Positions 1-12,100 of a stretch of 64,000 nucleotides of DNA are shown in pieces; the stretch's first letter is position 1; every line of letters begins with the position of its first letter. The DNA comes from Perna viridis (Eukaryota). A program made the position numbers and the translations under genes. The DNA is taken from assembly GCA_037379345.1 (NCBI GenBank), contig CM074521.1:496001-560000 (forward strand). The letters run 5' to 3'. The notes beneath the pieces are model-generated. The model was not told where the DNA came from. It did no database searches and worked only from the letters and a program-made list of their open reading frames with translations.

Positions 1-2607
1 CCATGAGAGGAATACACTACAAAAATCCTTCAAAATATGCATTTTTTTAAGTTATAGGTCCAAATTATGGAAAATTGGTCTTTTTGGCTGATTTTTATGT
101 CCTATCTTGTAAAAAGTGTAGAAAATTTAGTAAAAATATCAAATATTAAACTTTGAGGGCTATATTTACCTAAATATGGTAGTAATAAGCACTTGAAATC
201 AAGTTTTGTGTAGATTTGAGCAAAAATTAGGTTAGAAATGAGGAAAAACTCACTTTCATTACTGCGGTTAAGGCCATATAAGCATTCCCCTATGGCAACA
301 TGGAAAATCCATTATTGAGCACTTTTTTTGCTTTAGGTGCCCTTTACTGGTCATGTTTTAATGTGAAAACACTGTATTTACAAATTTAAAGCCAAATATA
401 TCACCTTTTGTGAAAATTTAAAGATTTAGGATGTTTGACATGTGATCAAGAAAAAGGGGGAGGCATGTCAGAAATAAATTTTTAAAAATAGACCAATTTC
501 TCAGAAAATGATTACTTTTAAAACTATTTCTTCATTAATATTGTTAAAAAACAAGTTGTGATTGATATTTTTTATTTGAAAAGTCAGAAAAAGTTCTTTG
601 CAAATATTTAATGCATTTCAGTATGGTAGAATATTTTCACTTTTTTGCTCGCACAACTTGGTTACCCTATATTTAAAAATCAAATATTTAAAAAAGTGCT
701 TGTCACATTTCACTGAAACTTTGCAAATGCATTCAGTATGTGTGTAGGAAGATACCTGTATAGTTATTTATTTTTTCTAAGACAAAAAGTGACTCTTTAG
801 GTTACAGACCACCAATTCAACCAATGAGCATTTGGAACGTACGCAAAAATAGTCCTACGCAGAAATTACCCCTGTTCCTCATAGTGCTGTGAAAAAAGTT
901 CTCATCTTATTTTAAAAATTTAAACAGTTTCTGAAAGGAAAAACATTTCTGTACATTTTATAGGTGCATTTTGCTTCTTGTGATGTGAAGCCTAATCTCC
1001 ATAATGATTTTTAAATATACCCCTATCTTGTGAAAACACTGGGATTTCCCATGCTATTTATAGACCCTTCACTTCCGGTGACCAGTACTGCACTGCAAGT
1101 CTGCTAACCCCACATGCCATTCTGAGGATTGTGAGCTGACATATGTAGAATCATGCTGATATATAGTCATCTGCAGGTTAAAGTTAAGGTAAAGTCCAGA
1201 GAAGCCATTGAATATTGTGAAATTAGCATAGAAGCCTATGGGAAGTGGAATTAGTGGTTTTTAGCCTTAAGCTGAAGCCATGGCAAAATGAAAAGTTTCT
1301 TGAAATAGCTTTAAACTACTTGAAGATCTTGTTAACTTTGCCATGAGAGGAATACACTACAAAAATCCTTCAAAATATGCATTTTTTTAAGTTATAGGTC
1401 CAAATTATGGAAAATTGGTCTTTTTGGCTGATTTTTATGTCCTATCTTGTAAAAAGTGTAGAAAATTTAGTAAAAATATCAAATATTAAACTTTGAGGGC
1501 TATATTTACCTAAATATGGTAGTAATAAGCACTTGAAATCAAGTTTTGTGTAGATTTGAGCAAAAATTAGGTTAGAAATGAGGAAAAACTCACTTTCATT
1601 ACTGCGGTTAAGGCCATATAAGCATTCCCCTATGGCAACATGGAAAATCCATTATTGAGCACTTTTTTTGCTTTAGGTGCCCTTTACTGGTCATGTTTTA
1701 ATGTGAAAACACTGTATTTACAAATTTAAAGCCAAATATATCACCTTTTGTGAAAATTTAAAGATTTAGGATGTTTGACATGTGATCAAGAAAAAGGGGG
1801 AGGCATGTCAGAAATAAATTTTTAAAAATAGACCAATTTCTCAGAAAATGATTACTTTTAAAACTATTTCTTCATTAATATTGTTAAAAAACAAGTTGTG
1901 ATTGATATTTTTTATTTGAAAAGTCAGAAAAAGTTCTTTGCAAATATTTAATGCATTTCAGTATGGTAGAATATTTTCACTTTTTTGCTCGCACAACTTG
2001 GTTACCCTATATTTAAAAATCAAATATTTAAAAAAGTGCTTGTCACATTTCACTGAAACTTTGCAAATGCATTCAGTATGTGTGTAGGAAGATACCTGTA
2101 TAGTTATTTATTTTTTCTAAGACAAAAAGTGACTCTTTAGGTTACAGACCACCAATTCAACCAATGAGCATTTGGAACGTACGCAAAAATAGTCCTACGC
2201 AGAAATTACCCCTGTTCCTCATAGTGCTGTGAAAAAAGTTCTCATCTTATTTTAAAAATTTAAACAGTTTCTGAAAGGAAAAACATTTCTGTACATTTTA
2301 TAGGTGCATTTTGCTTCTTGTGATGTGAAGCCTAATCTCCATAATGATTTTTAAATATACCCCTATCTTGTGAAAACACTGGGATTTCCCATGCTATTTA
2401 TAGACCCTTCACTTCCGGTGACCAGTACTGCACTGCAAGTCTGCTAACCCCACATGCCATTCTGAGGATTGTGAGCTGACATATGTAGAATCATGCTGAT
2501 ATATAGTCATCTGCAGGTTAAAGTTAAGGTAAAGTCCAGAGAAGCCATTGAATATTGTGAAATTAGCATAGAAGCCTATGGGAAGTGGAATTAGTGGTTT
2601 TTAGCCT
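1..2607. repeat. Tandem duplication / macrosatellite, 1340-bp period (about 1.95 copies visible, probably continuing upstream)
   Basis: Sequence at 1 (ccatgagaggaatacactac) recurs at 1341. The copies look identical by eye until 2607 (ttagcct|taag vs ttagcct|caat). Confidence 0.95.
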
Positions 2608-3142
2608 CAATAACCAAATATATAGGTGCCGTGACACCGTCCGTACGGTCATGTGGGTGCGGCTCCTCAGTTCCTCCATATTTGGTGAGATGACATTTTT
2701 TTCCCTGCTTTTTCATTCAACAAAATGTTGTAGGAGTTACCGTACTTATGTAGCATTCCTTTATCAATGTAAAAGGCAAAGCACATTGCTTGCCTCCACA
2801 TATGGCAGAATGTATTGCTAGGAAATTTCAATATGAACACTATTCTGCTATTTTGATATCAGCAAATACCAATGTATCTTTTGTAATCAAATCTTTTCTT
2901 TTTTCGTCCTAATTTTACTCTTATCATATCTTGTGATTTGTTATAATGTAGTATTCCGTGATTTCTGAGGTATTTCAACTTTTAGCCCTTCTTATTAGTA
3001 TGTACATGTATCATATTTCGTAGGTTTTTTTTCTCAGATTCGGTACAGGTGGGGTTCAAATGGCGATGTGTTGCTTTCTCATTTTCTACTTTTTTTCTTT
3101 TTTTTTCAAATTATGTTCTTGTCTTACTATTTTTTTTCGTAG

Positions 3143-6100
3143 ATTACAGTCCATCTAACATCACCGTACATGAAACTACGGACACATCACTAAGTATCAG
3201 TTGGATCCAGGCACCTACTTGTTATGAACGTGCTGGAATTTTGATTCGACTCTTTCGACCCGACAACACATCACAGGACTTTAAGGTTCACAAGGACGCC
3301 ACATCATTTGACCTGACAGGACTGTCGGCGACGACACATTACTGGTTTGAACTATACACGAAATATGGCAACGATTCCTTCTCAGAAATAAGCCGATCAC
3401 CTGCAACTTTAGAATTTACTACGACTGAAAAACGTAAGTTTAATTTTCTTCTTCCTGACTTCATATTACAATTAAATAAATTACAAATACTTGTTGAAGA
3501 GGAAAAAAGCAAATTGTAATAGGACTTGCTACGAATACTTCGTGTACACAACCGCATAATTACAAAGTGTATCATTGGCTATAATAACCAAATTATAAGT
3601 AAAACACTTGCATAAGAAAGAAATGTGTATTGAAGTCGCCATGTAATGTCCTGTGCAGAACTTCTCTAATTCTAAGCTGGCGATTAAAAATGCACGTTGA
3701 ATTTTTAATCGCAAGGTGGTGATAAAATTTCTTTGAAAGATTTCTTGCCTTTTTACATTTTCCAAGTTTTCTACATATTTCATTGGGAAAATATTTAAGA
3801 TGCCTAAATCTGTATTTACAGCCTCTGCTATGGAAAGTTATAAATCCCATCTTTATGTGAAATAGAACAGTTTTTCTTAACTAATGTAACGGAATGATAC
3901 ATTTTGACTTCTCTGATGGAATATTTTGCATTATTACGAACTAACTTAAAGACGTTATATGGTATCCATGCGAAACGTTCTACTTCATCCATTGTGTACG
4001 TATAGTATAATTATAGTTATTAGCAAATATTACGAAAGAATGTCTGACGGATTGTCTACAACTACGGTCGGTGGAATATCTGGTGGTAAGTAGAACGTAT
4101 AACCAGTTGGTGTAAGTAAATAGACAATAACAGTGCACTGACTTGACACTGCAACAATGATTTAAAAGAAAACTGATGTTATACGCATGAAAAACGTTGA
4201 ATCGGTGGACATCCTGGCAACTTCAACAAAATGTAAGGTTGTGACATCACATCGGAGAGTGGCTGTATATTATGAAAAAGGATATCCGCCATAAATATGT
4301 TCATGCGTTTCTTTTAACTTTGTTACTTGCTCGCGTGTTCTCTGTATTTTCTGTCTTTGTTAATTGAAGATTGTTCAAATGTTAATCCATGAAATGCATT
4401 TTTTAGCACTGTAGCTTACAGTTTGTACGTATCTTTCTTTGCTTAATGACGTTTCTTTTTATGTAACATCTTTCTTTTACATTTCTACAATTATTAATTT
4501 GTAAAAGACTTCTTCTAACCCTGAAAGTTGTAGATTTCCAATATCTTACTTTATCGGATTCTTTGAGCGTTTAATTTGTGCATCATTTTGATAAATAGAT
4601 ATTTGAAATTAATTTAGAGATAAATCCAAAATCTTTTAGGGATAAAAAAAATCTTCATTTATTGTCATAATTAGACCTATAGCATAATATGCATTCCTTT
4701 AATCAAAGTGACATCATGTTATGAAAGATTAACCGAATATAAACAGTGTCTGTTAATTGTGTCTGGTGTAATTGTTTGATGTATATTTAAGTAGGGCTGT
4801 CTTTAGTGCTATACCGTGTTTTTTTCAGGTTCAGGATCAATAATATAAAGTCTAGAATATTTAATTTATGGAAAAGAATATTCCAATTTCGTTCCTTGTA
4901 ACATAGGTGTCAGACAAGGAGAAAACTTGTCACCTATATTCTTTTCAATACATGTCAATTATTTAGAGGACCTTTTCAAGAATCAAAGTATTCATGGGCT
5001 GAATCTTTTAACTGAAGAAATTGAAACTGAACTCTCGTATTTTTAAAATCTTTTCACTATATTAAATGCTGACGACACGGTATTACTATCAGAATCAGAA
5101 TCCGATCTACAAAAACAACTTGATGCACTTTATGACTATTGCACATTGTGGAAACTTAGTTAATGTTAGCAAAAGTAAATGCAGATTACTCAACTTATTC
5201 CTGGAATGCCAGTTAGATTTTTTTTGACCGAGTTATACGACCTATTCTCTTATACGGTTGGGAAGTATGGGGCATTGAAAATAATACTGTTATAGAAAGG
5301 GTGCATCAAAAATTTTGTAAGACCCTAATGCATGTCAAAAAGTCAACGCCATATTTTACGGTTTACGGGAAACTAGGCAGATATCCACTGGAAATAAAAA
5401 TTAAACTGAGTGTCATTAACTTTTGGTTTAAATCAGGTACTGGAAAATCTGAAAAGCTATCTGCAATTTTATTTCACTTTGTTCTTAAAAAAATATGGCG
5501 ATAGAATTTTCTGGGTAAAAAAGGTTAAATCAATACTGGATGAGTATGGTTTGTCTTTTGTTTGGAACAAACAACACGAACATAATGAATCTTGGATATT
5601 TTTGACAATTAAGCAAAGCCTTCTAGACCAATTTCAACAGTCGTTGAACTCAAAAGTGAAAAATTCACCTGTCTCTGAATTATAGATTGTACAAAGAAGA
5701 TTTGGGAATTGAAAACTATTTCAGGATTTGAGATGACAAAACATATTATTACTCTTTGTAGATTTAGAACCTTGAATAATAACCTTCCCATTGAAAGTGG
5801 GCATTGGCAAAATATGGTGATAATAAAAAAATGTTATTTTTGTAACTCGGGAGATATTGGGGATGAGTTTCATTATTTGTTTAAGTGCACATCGTTTGAT
5901 ATTGACAGAAAAAATACTTCTCGGAGAAAAAAAATTGTTAAAAGACCAAATATTATTAAATTTTAAGCTTTGATGAATAGCTCATCACCTCAACATTTTA
6001 TGTAAACTTATGCGACAAATTACAAAGATGTTGTGTCCAGGGTAGTTCTCTAAATTTATGAATATTGAAATTCATCATGAATGTGACTCAATATTATTCC

Positions 6101-9100
6101 TTCCAATACATGTACATTAATCAAATTCTTATGCATATTATGTATCTATGTAAATTGTATTGAATTTGTTCTCTGTACTATAGTATAATGGTGTTTGAGT
6201 AATAAAATATACATAGCATCTGCACAAAATATGTGTTTCCAAACACTACAGCTCTCAACCCCATTTTTATAGTCACAACCTACCTTGTCCTCAATACCAT
6301 CGGCCTCACCACAATTCATTTCTACAGTTGCAGGTTTTGATTTCACCTTACCTACTTGACCTATTAGTGATTTAGGAAACATCCTGAACTTTCCCTTTTC
6401 CAAACATGAAATCAAATGGTCCCTGATATATTTTTCTTCGTACTGAATATGAAGATCCCAGTAAAACCACTTATACAGAATTGAACCGTCTTTGTAATTA
6501 CATATAAACCACAATCAACTGAATTATAGATTGTTTATGAATTTCTGGGATTTTGACGAGAAGCCGCGTATTTTGTTACATGAGTAAATCTGTGATAACT
6601 GGATTTCCTGAGAAACTGTAAATTTATCAAATAAACTATTTAAAACATAAACCTGTTTTTTTCTTTTTTATCTGTTTGGACTGATGTTACCCAATGGCGC
6701 TTTCCTGTATGGTGCATTTGTGCTGATGTGTCTGATAAATTTCCCTCAGCCTTACATGCCATTTTTCATCCCCCAACTCATGCTCCGCTTGATTTAAAGG
6801 ATACCATTCATAGATTTGAGGCTATTTTATGTATTCTATTATGTCAGAAGGTGCAATATGTCGTTCAGGAATGACTAATTCGTCACTCGAAATAACTGCT
6901 CTAGAAAACTTGTTTTTAGGTGATAGTTGCCTGTGACAGACAAGCCGATAAGAATTAATCTCATAGTTTTCATAGTTTTATACAAAGTGGAAACCGAGAA
7001 CAAGCATGTTAACAGGCAGTTCCTGTCATTCATTCTCTTGTTTCAAAACAGCATTATAACTCTCTCATAATTTTTGTTATAAGTTTTACGAGCCAGTTAA
7101 CCTGTTAATGGTGATTAGAGATTGTTAATTGCTAATTGTTAATGAGTGTTAAACAATGGAGCTGTGTTTTTAGACACTGGGCTAGAGTTAATGTTATGCC
7201 CATGGATAGAATTAATCATAGAGTTCTCATATAGTGCCATAGACATGCTATCTGTAATAAGAAAAATTGGTGTTTTAGAACTATGTAAAAATTCAGAGAA
7301 AGTGACTTAGATCTATATACAGATTTACATAATATATTTTGTAAGAATTTAATTCCTCATCTTGAGGAGATGTTGTTTCATAAGTATGAAATTGAATGGC
7401 AACGGAGAATTTTATCCAATTATGTTGGTAAAAAATTAAGAACTTATAAACTTTGTACTACTACTTTTGAAACAGAATTATATTTAAGTAAAACCATTAT
7501 TCACAGATATAGAAGTGCATTTGCAAAATTTGGGGGTGGCGTAGCGTAGCCCATTTACGTCCTGAAACAGGTCGTTATGAAAATAAAGAGGTCAATGAAC
7601 GAGTATGTTTTATATGTAATAATCAGATTGAGGATGAGAAACATATGTTATTATCTTGCCCTTATCTTGTAGATTTGCGAGAACAATTATTTTATAAAGT
7701 CAAAGGTGTAAATAGAGAGCTTGATAATTTATCTGATGATGATAAATTTGTTTTTATGTTTCAAAGTGTTGAATGCTTTGATATAGTTGCCAAAACCTGT
7801 TTTATTATTTTAAATGGAAGAAATAGTTTTCTGTACTCACGACAACATTTTATCTTTTAAGCTTAGTTACTTTTTACATGTGTGTTTATATTATGTCTTA
7901 TTCAACTAATTTATGTTTAATAGTCTCCCATAATTATTTATAGAATGACACGTGTACTTACATTGTATGATAATTTTTAATTATTGTATTATACTATGTT
8001 TTATTATAGTATTGACATGTCTTATGTTGTACATGTGGTGAGACTTTAATAAAATATTGAATCTGAATCTGAATCCAATTTAGGCAGATTATAAAGAACA
8101 TAATTATGTAGTTCGACCTGACACGATTTCTGCTTATAAAACTACTGTTGTGAGACTAATTAAGATTCTATATAAAATAATACCTCCAAATTTTATTTTA
8201 CCTACATTAAATTTTCATAAAATATATACATGTATATTAATGTTCTAAGCCTAATTATGTCGATAAATGATAAAAGATTTTTCACCACGAAAAAAGTTCG
8301 TCCTGTCAAGATTGTGGATTTATTTCTAAATCAATTTAAAATACCAAAAAGCGCTTTTATTCTTCTTTAGAAATCATTCAAAAGTTTTGAATGTCATTAA
8401 ACAAAACAAAAGTTATAGCCAAAATAATGTATCGGAAAATGACCGTCCTGTTTCTAGACCAACCCCTCGATCTCTGGTGATAAATCACCCATGATTAACA
8501 TGTTTATCCTTCATTCGTCAAATGTTAGTGCGTTCTTTGTGACCGGGTCGATCGTATTGATTTTAAAAGAAACGTTTTCAATTTATATATAACCTGTATA
8601 AATCACTGATTTAAGACTTTCAACAAAGAAAGATACTGGAAATTTACGACTTTCACGGTTAGAAGAAGTATTTTACAAATTAATAATTGTAGAAATGTAA
8701 AAGAAAGATGTTACAGAAAAAGAAATGACATTAAGCACAAACTGTAAGTTACAGTGCTTAAAATGCATTTCATGAATTAACATTTAAACTGTCTTCAATT
8801 AACAAAGAAAGAAAATACAGAAAACAAATGAACAAGTAACAAAGTTAAAAGAAATGCGTGAAAATATTTAAGGCGGATATCACCTGTAAATATACGGTCA
8901 ATTATATTCTGACTGCTCAAATAGAACCGTCGCAATATAAAACATAATTCGTTCTATTTGTAGATGTTAGTATAGATTACTGAGTTGTAGAGCACCTTAC
9001 GGGTCCGGGTGTCAAAAGAATATGCCCGCAACAGCACAATTTTGTTTACACGCTTCGTGCGACATTTTATTTTGTCAGCGTGTAGGAAACTGTCTATTCA

Positions 9101-12100
9101 ATCAACGTTGTTATTGTGTGAAGTTCCGCGGGTCGGAAACTATTGCATCAACATTTTAGTGTTTGAAGTTGTCAGCATGTAAAGATATACAATTGACATT
9201 GTCAGTGTGTGAAGTTGTCAGCATGTAAAGATATTCAATTAACATTGTCAGTGTGTGAAGTTGTCAGCATGTAAAAATATACAATTAACAGTGTGAGTGT
9301 GTGAAGTTGCCAGCATGTAAAGATATACAATTAACATTGTCAGTGTGTGAAGTTGTCAGCATGTAAAGATATACAATTAACAGTGTGAGTGTGTGAAGTT
9401 GGAGGTCGTAACCAATGCATCAACATCATCGTTGGTGTGCGTTATTGTCCTGGAAAAAAAAACGTAAAACAGAGGAAAGTTTACTTAATGTAAAAGTAAT
9501 GGAAAAAGCGGGATGGAAAAATGTATCGATGGCTTCTTCTGGCTAATGTATTGAATGGTGTTCATTTTCTGTGTTTGGGAATGGATGAGTAGTTCACACT
9601 GAGTTATACGACACGGTTAATGTATCATTCAGTCTACTGAACAAAAATCGTTCAATTAAAACTCTCGAACTGTTTATGAGCAAATTAATAAAACGTATGT
9701 TTGACCAATTCATTTTTTAAACTCAGTGGCGGATTTGTGGTTGCCAATTGTTAGAAAATTTTGTTAATTTCGCGCAAATTTTGAAAAAAAAAGCAAATGA
9801 TGGCCTATAGCGAGAACCCCCCTTTTTACGGGAATCCCACTGGATTCCAATTTCAAAACTTCTGGTTCCGTTCCTGATGTATGTACTTATTTATCAATTG
9901 TCTTATTTATCACTAGAAAATAAATTAAAATTTCTGACATCCATTATTGATTTCAGGTTTCATTATCCTTATCATCGTCATCATTGTCGTTTTGTGTTTC
10001 CTGGGACGAACTGGACGATTACAACCAGCTAAGGCTAGAGTTACGCAGGGTATCCGAACTATACGTAATTCCGTTCGTGCACGGGATAATCGCTCATTGG
10101 GAAGTTATAAAGTGAGTCTTTATTTTTCATTCCAACTACTTTTTCTTGAGAGAGCATAGAGACAAGTTTTTTGTTATATATAATTATATGTATGTTGAAT
10201 GTTTCTGTTTATTATATTATACTCCTACTCAACGAGTGGGCGGTATATTGGATTCAACTCATTTGTCATTCCGCCCGTCCATCCACATTCCGTCGCAATT
10301 ATCTCGGCTACCAATTGATAAACCTATTTCAAATTTGACGTGTGATCTTATATAGATGGGGCATATGTTGTAATATGTGGTTCTTGGTGCTGTCTAATTT
10401 CAACCTTCTATTCCATGGGTCTTATGTCACAAAAATCTCATCTCCCCGTGGATGGAAAGATTTATAAGTTTGTATGTTGCTTCATATAGATGAGGCATAC
10501 GTTGTAAGTGATTTTTGGTGATTTCAATATCACGTACAACTAGGGGTATCCCTAGCACGACAACGCGTGCGACTTCATGTTTTATAATGATATTTCGATT
10601 TATCTCAGTCCTTTTGTTTAAGGAGTGGTTAAGAAGGAAATTATTCTTTTACGATTGCGCATGTACATTTTAAGTTGAGACTCCCTAGTATTTTATTAAT
10701 ACATGTATAACTATGTTTAAACTGTTTTAGAGCAAACTTATTTCTATAGTGGTGATAACAGGTGCGATATTGCAAGTAATAAAGCTTTGGTTAATCTACA
10801 AAAATAGGGATAGTCTTTCCTTGCAACGTTTCATTCCCTTAAAATATTTGAGCTTTCAAGTCAGCGCATCGATGTTAATATTTGACAAAAAACCTCATGT
10901 AAAATCACTGCAGCGCATCGATGTTTTTGTCAGATAAAAATATCATGTGTAACCAAGTCAGTGCATCGATGTTTATATGACAAAAAACCTCATGTGTAAT
11001 CACTGCAGCGCATCGATGTTTTTGTCAGATAAAAACATCATGTGTAACCAAGTCAGTGCATCTATGTTTATATCTGACAAAAAACCTCATGTGTAATCAC
11101 TGCAGCGCATCGATGTTTTTGTCAGATAAAATACCTCATGTGTAATCAAGTCAGCGCATCGATGTTTATGTCAGATAAAAGACCTCATGTGTAACCAAGT
11201 CAGTGCATCGATGTTTATATCTGACAAAAAACCTCATGTGTAATCACTGCAGCGCATCGATGTTTTTGTCAGATAAAAACATCATGTGTAACCAAGTCAG
11301 TGCATCTATGTTTATATCTGACAAAAAACCTCATGTGTAATCACTGCAGCGCATCGATGTTTATGTCAGATAAAAGACCTTCTGTGTTATCAAGTCAGCG
11401 CATCGATGTTTATGTCAGATAAAAAACCTCATGTGTTATCAAGTCAGCGCATTAATGTTTATGTCAGATACTGAAACAGCCCATCAATATATGACATTAG
11501 TGATTATGTTTGAGTGGTCTAGAGAACAGTGGGGGCCTCCATATGGTCAAGTACACAATGTATTTGAATTTTTCACATATATCATTACAGAACCGAGCCT
11601 TCGGTACGGAATATGACGACGACATTTATTTCTATGGACAGATGGATATCAAATTTGATAATTTGGTCATATCGCGAAAGGATATCGCATTAGAATCCCA
11701 GCTGGCAGAGGGAAGATTTGCTACTATATATTTAGCTAAATACTATGGCAATCAAAAGGACTCTCAAAGTGTAGTAGCCAAAATCATGAAGGGTTAGTAA
11801 GATATGACCTAATAATTATTTTCGTTCAGTTATTTTGTAAGAAAATGAATGTTCAGTACCTTTCAAATGTAAACTGAACTCAAATATTGTGTAAGTCTTG
11901 AATGATTTCTTCTAGGGAAATACAAATAATGGACAGGTCAGAACTTAACATTCACAGGGAGACATATTACAAATAATGGACAGGTCAGAACTTAACACTC
12001 ACAGGGAGACATATTACAAATAATGGACAGGTCAGAACTTAACACTCACAGGGAGACATATTACAAATAATGGACAGGTCAGAATTTAACACTGGAGACA

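Larger units (their letters stand above)
4281..8881. mobile_element. Pair of ~260-bp diverged inverted repeats (about 4281-4547 and 8630-8881) enclosing nested TE fragments; possibly one decayed TIR DNA transposon
   Basis: gatatccgccataaatatgttcatgcgtttcttttaactttgttacttg... at 4281 is the reverse complement of ...caagtaacaaagttaaaagaaatgcgtgaaaatatttaaggcggatatc ending 8881. No clear TSD. Confidence 0.6.

Noticed and set aside
3049-3142. Hydrophobic N-terminus of ORF 3049-3519 as a signal peptide
   Set aside because: It is the translated polypyrimidine tract of the acceptor; the exon starts at 3143 in phase 1.
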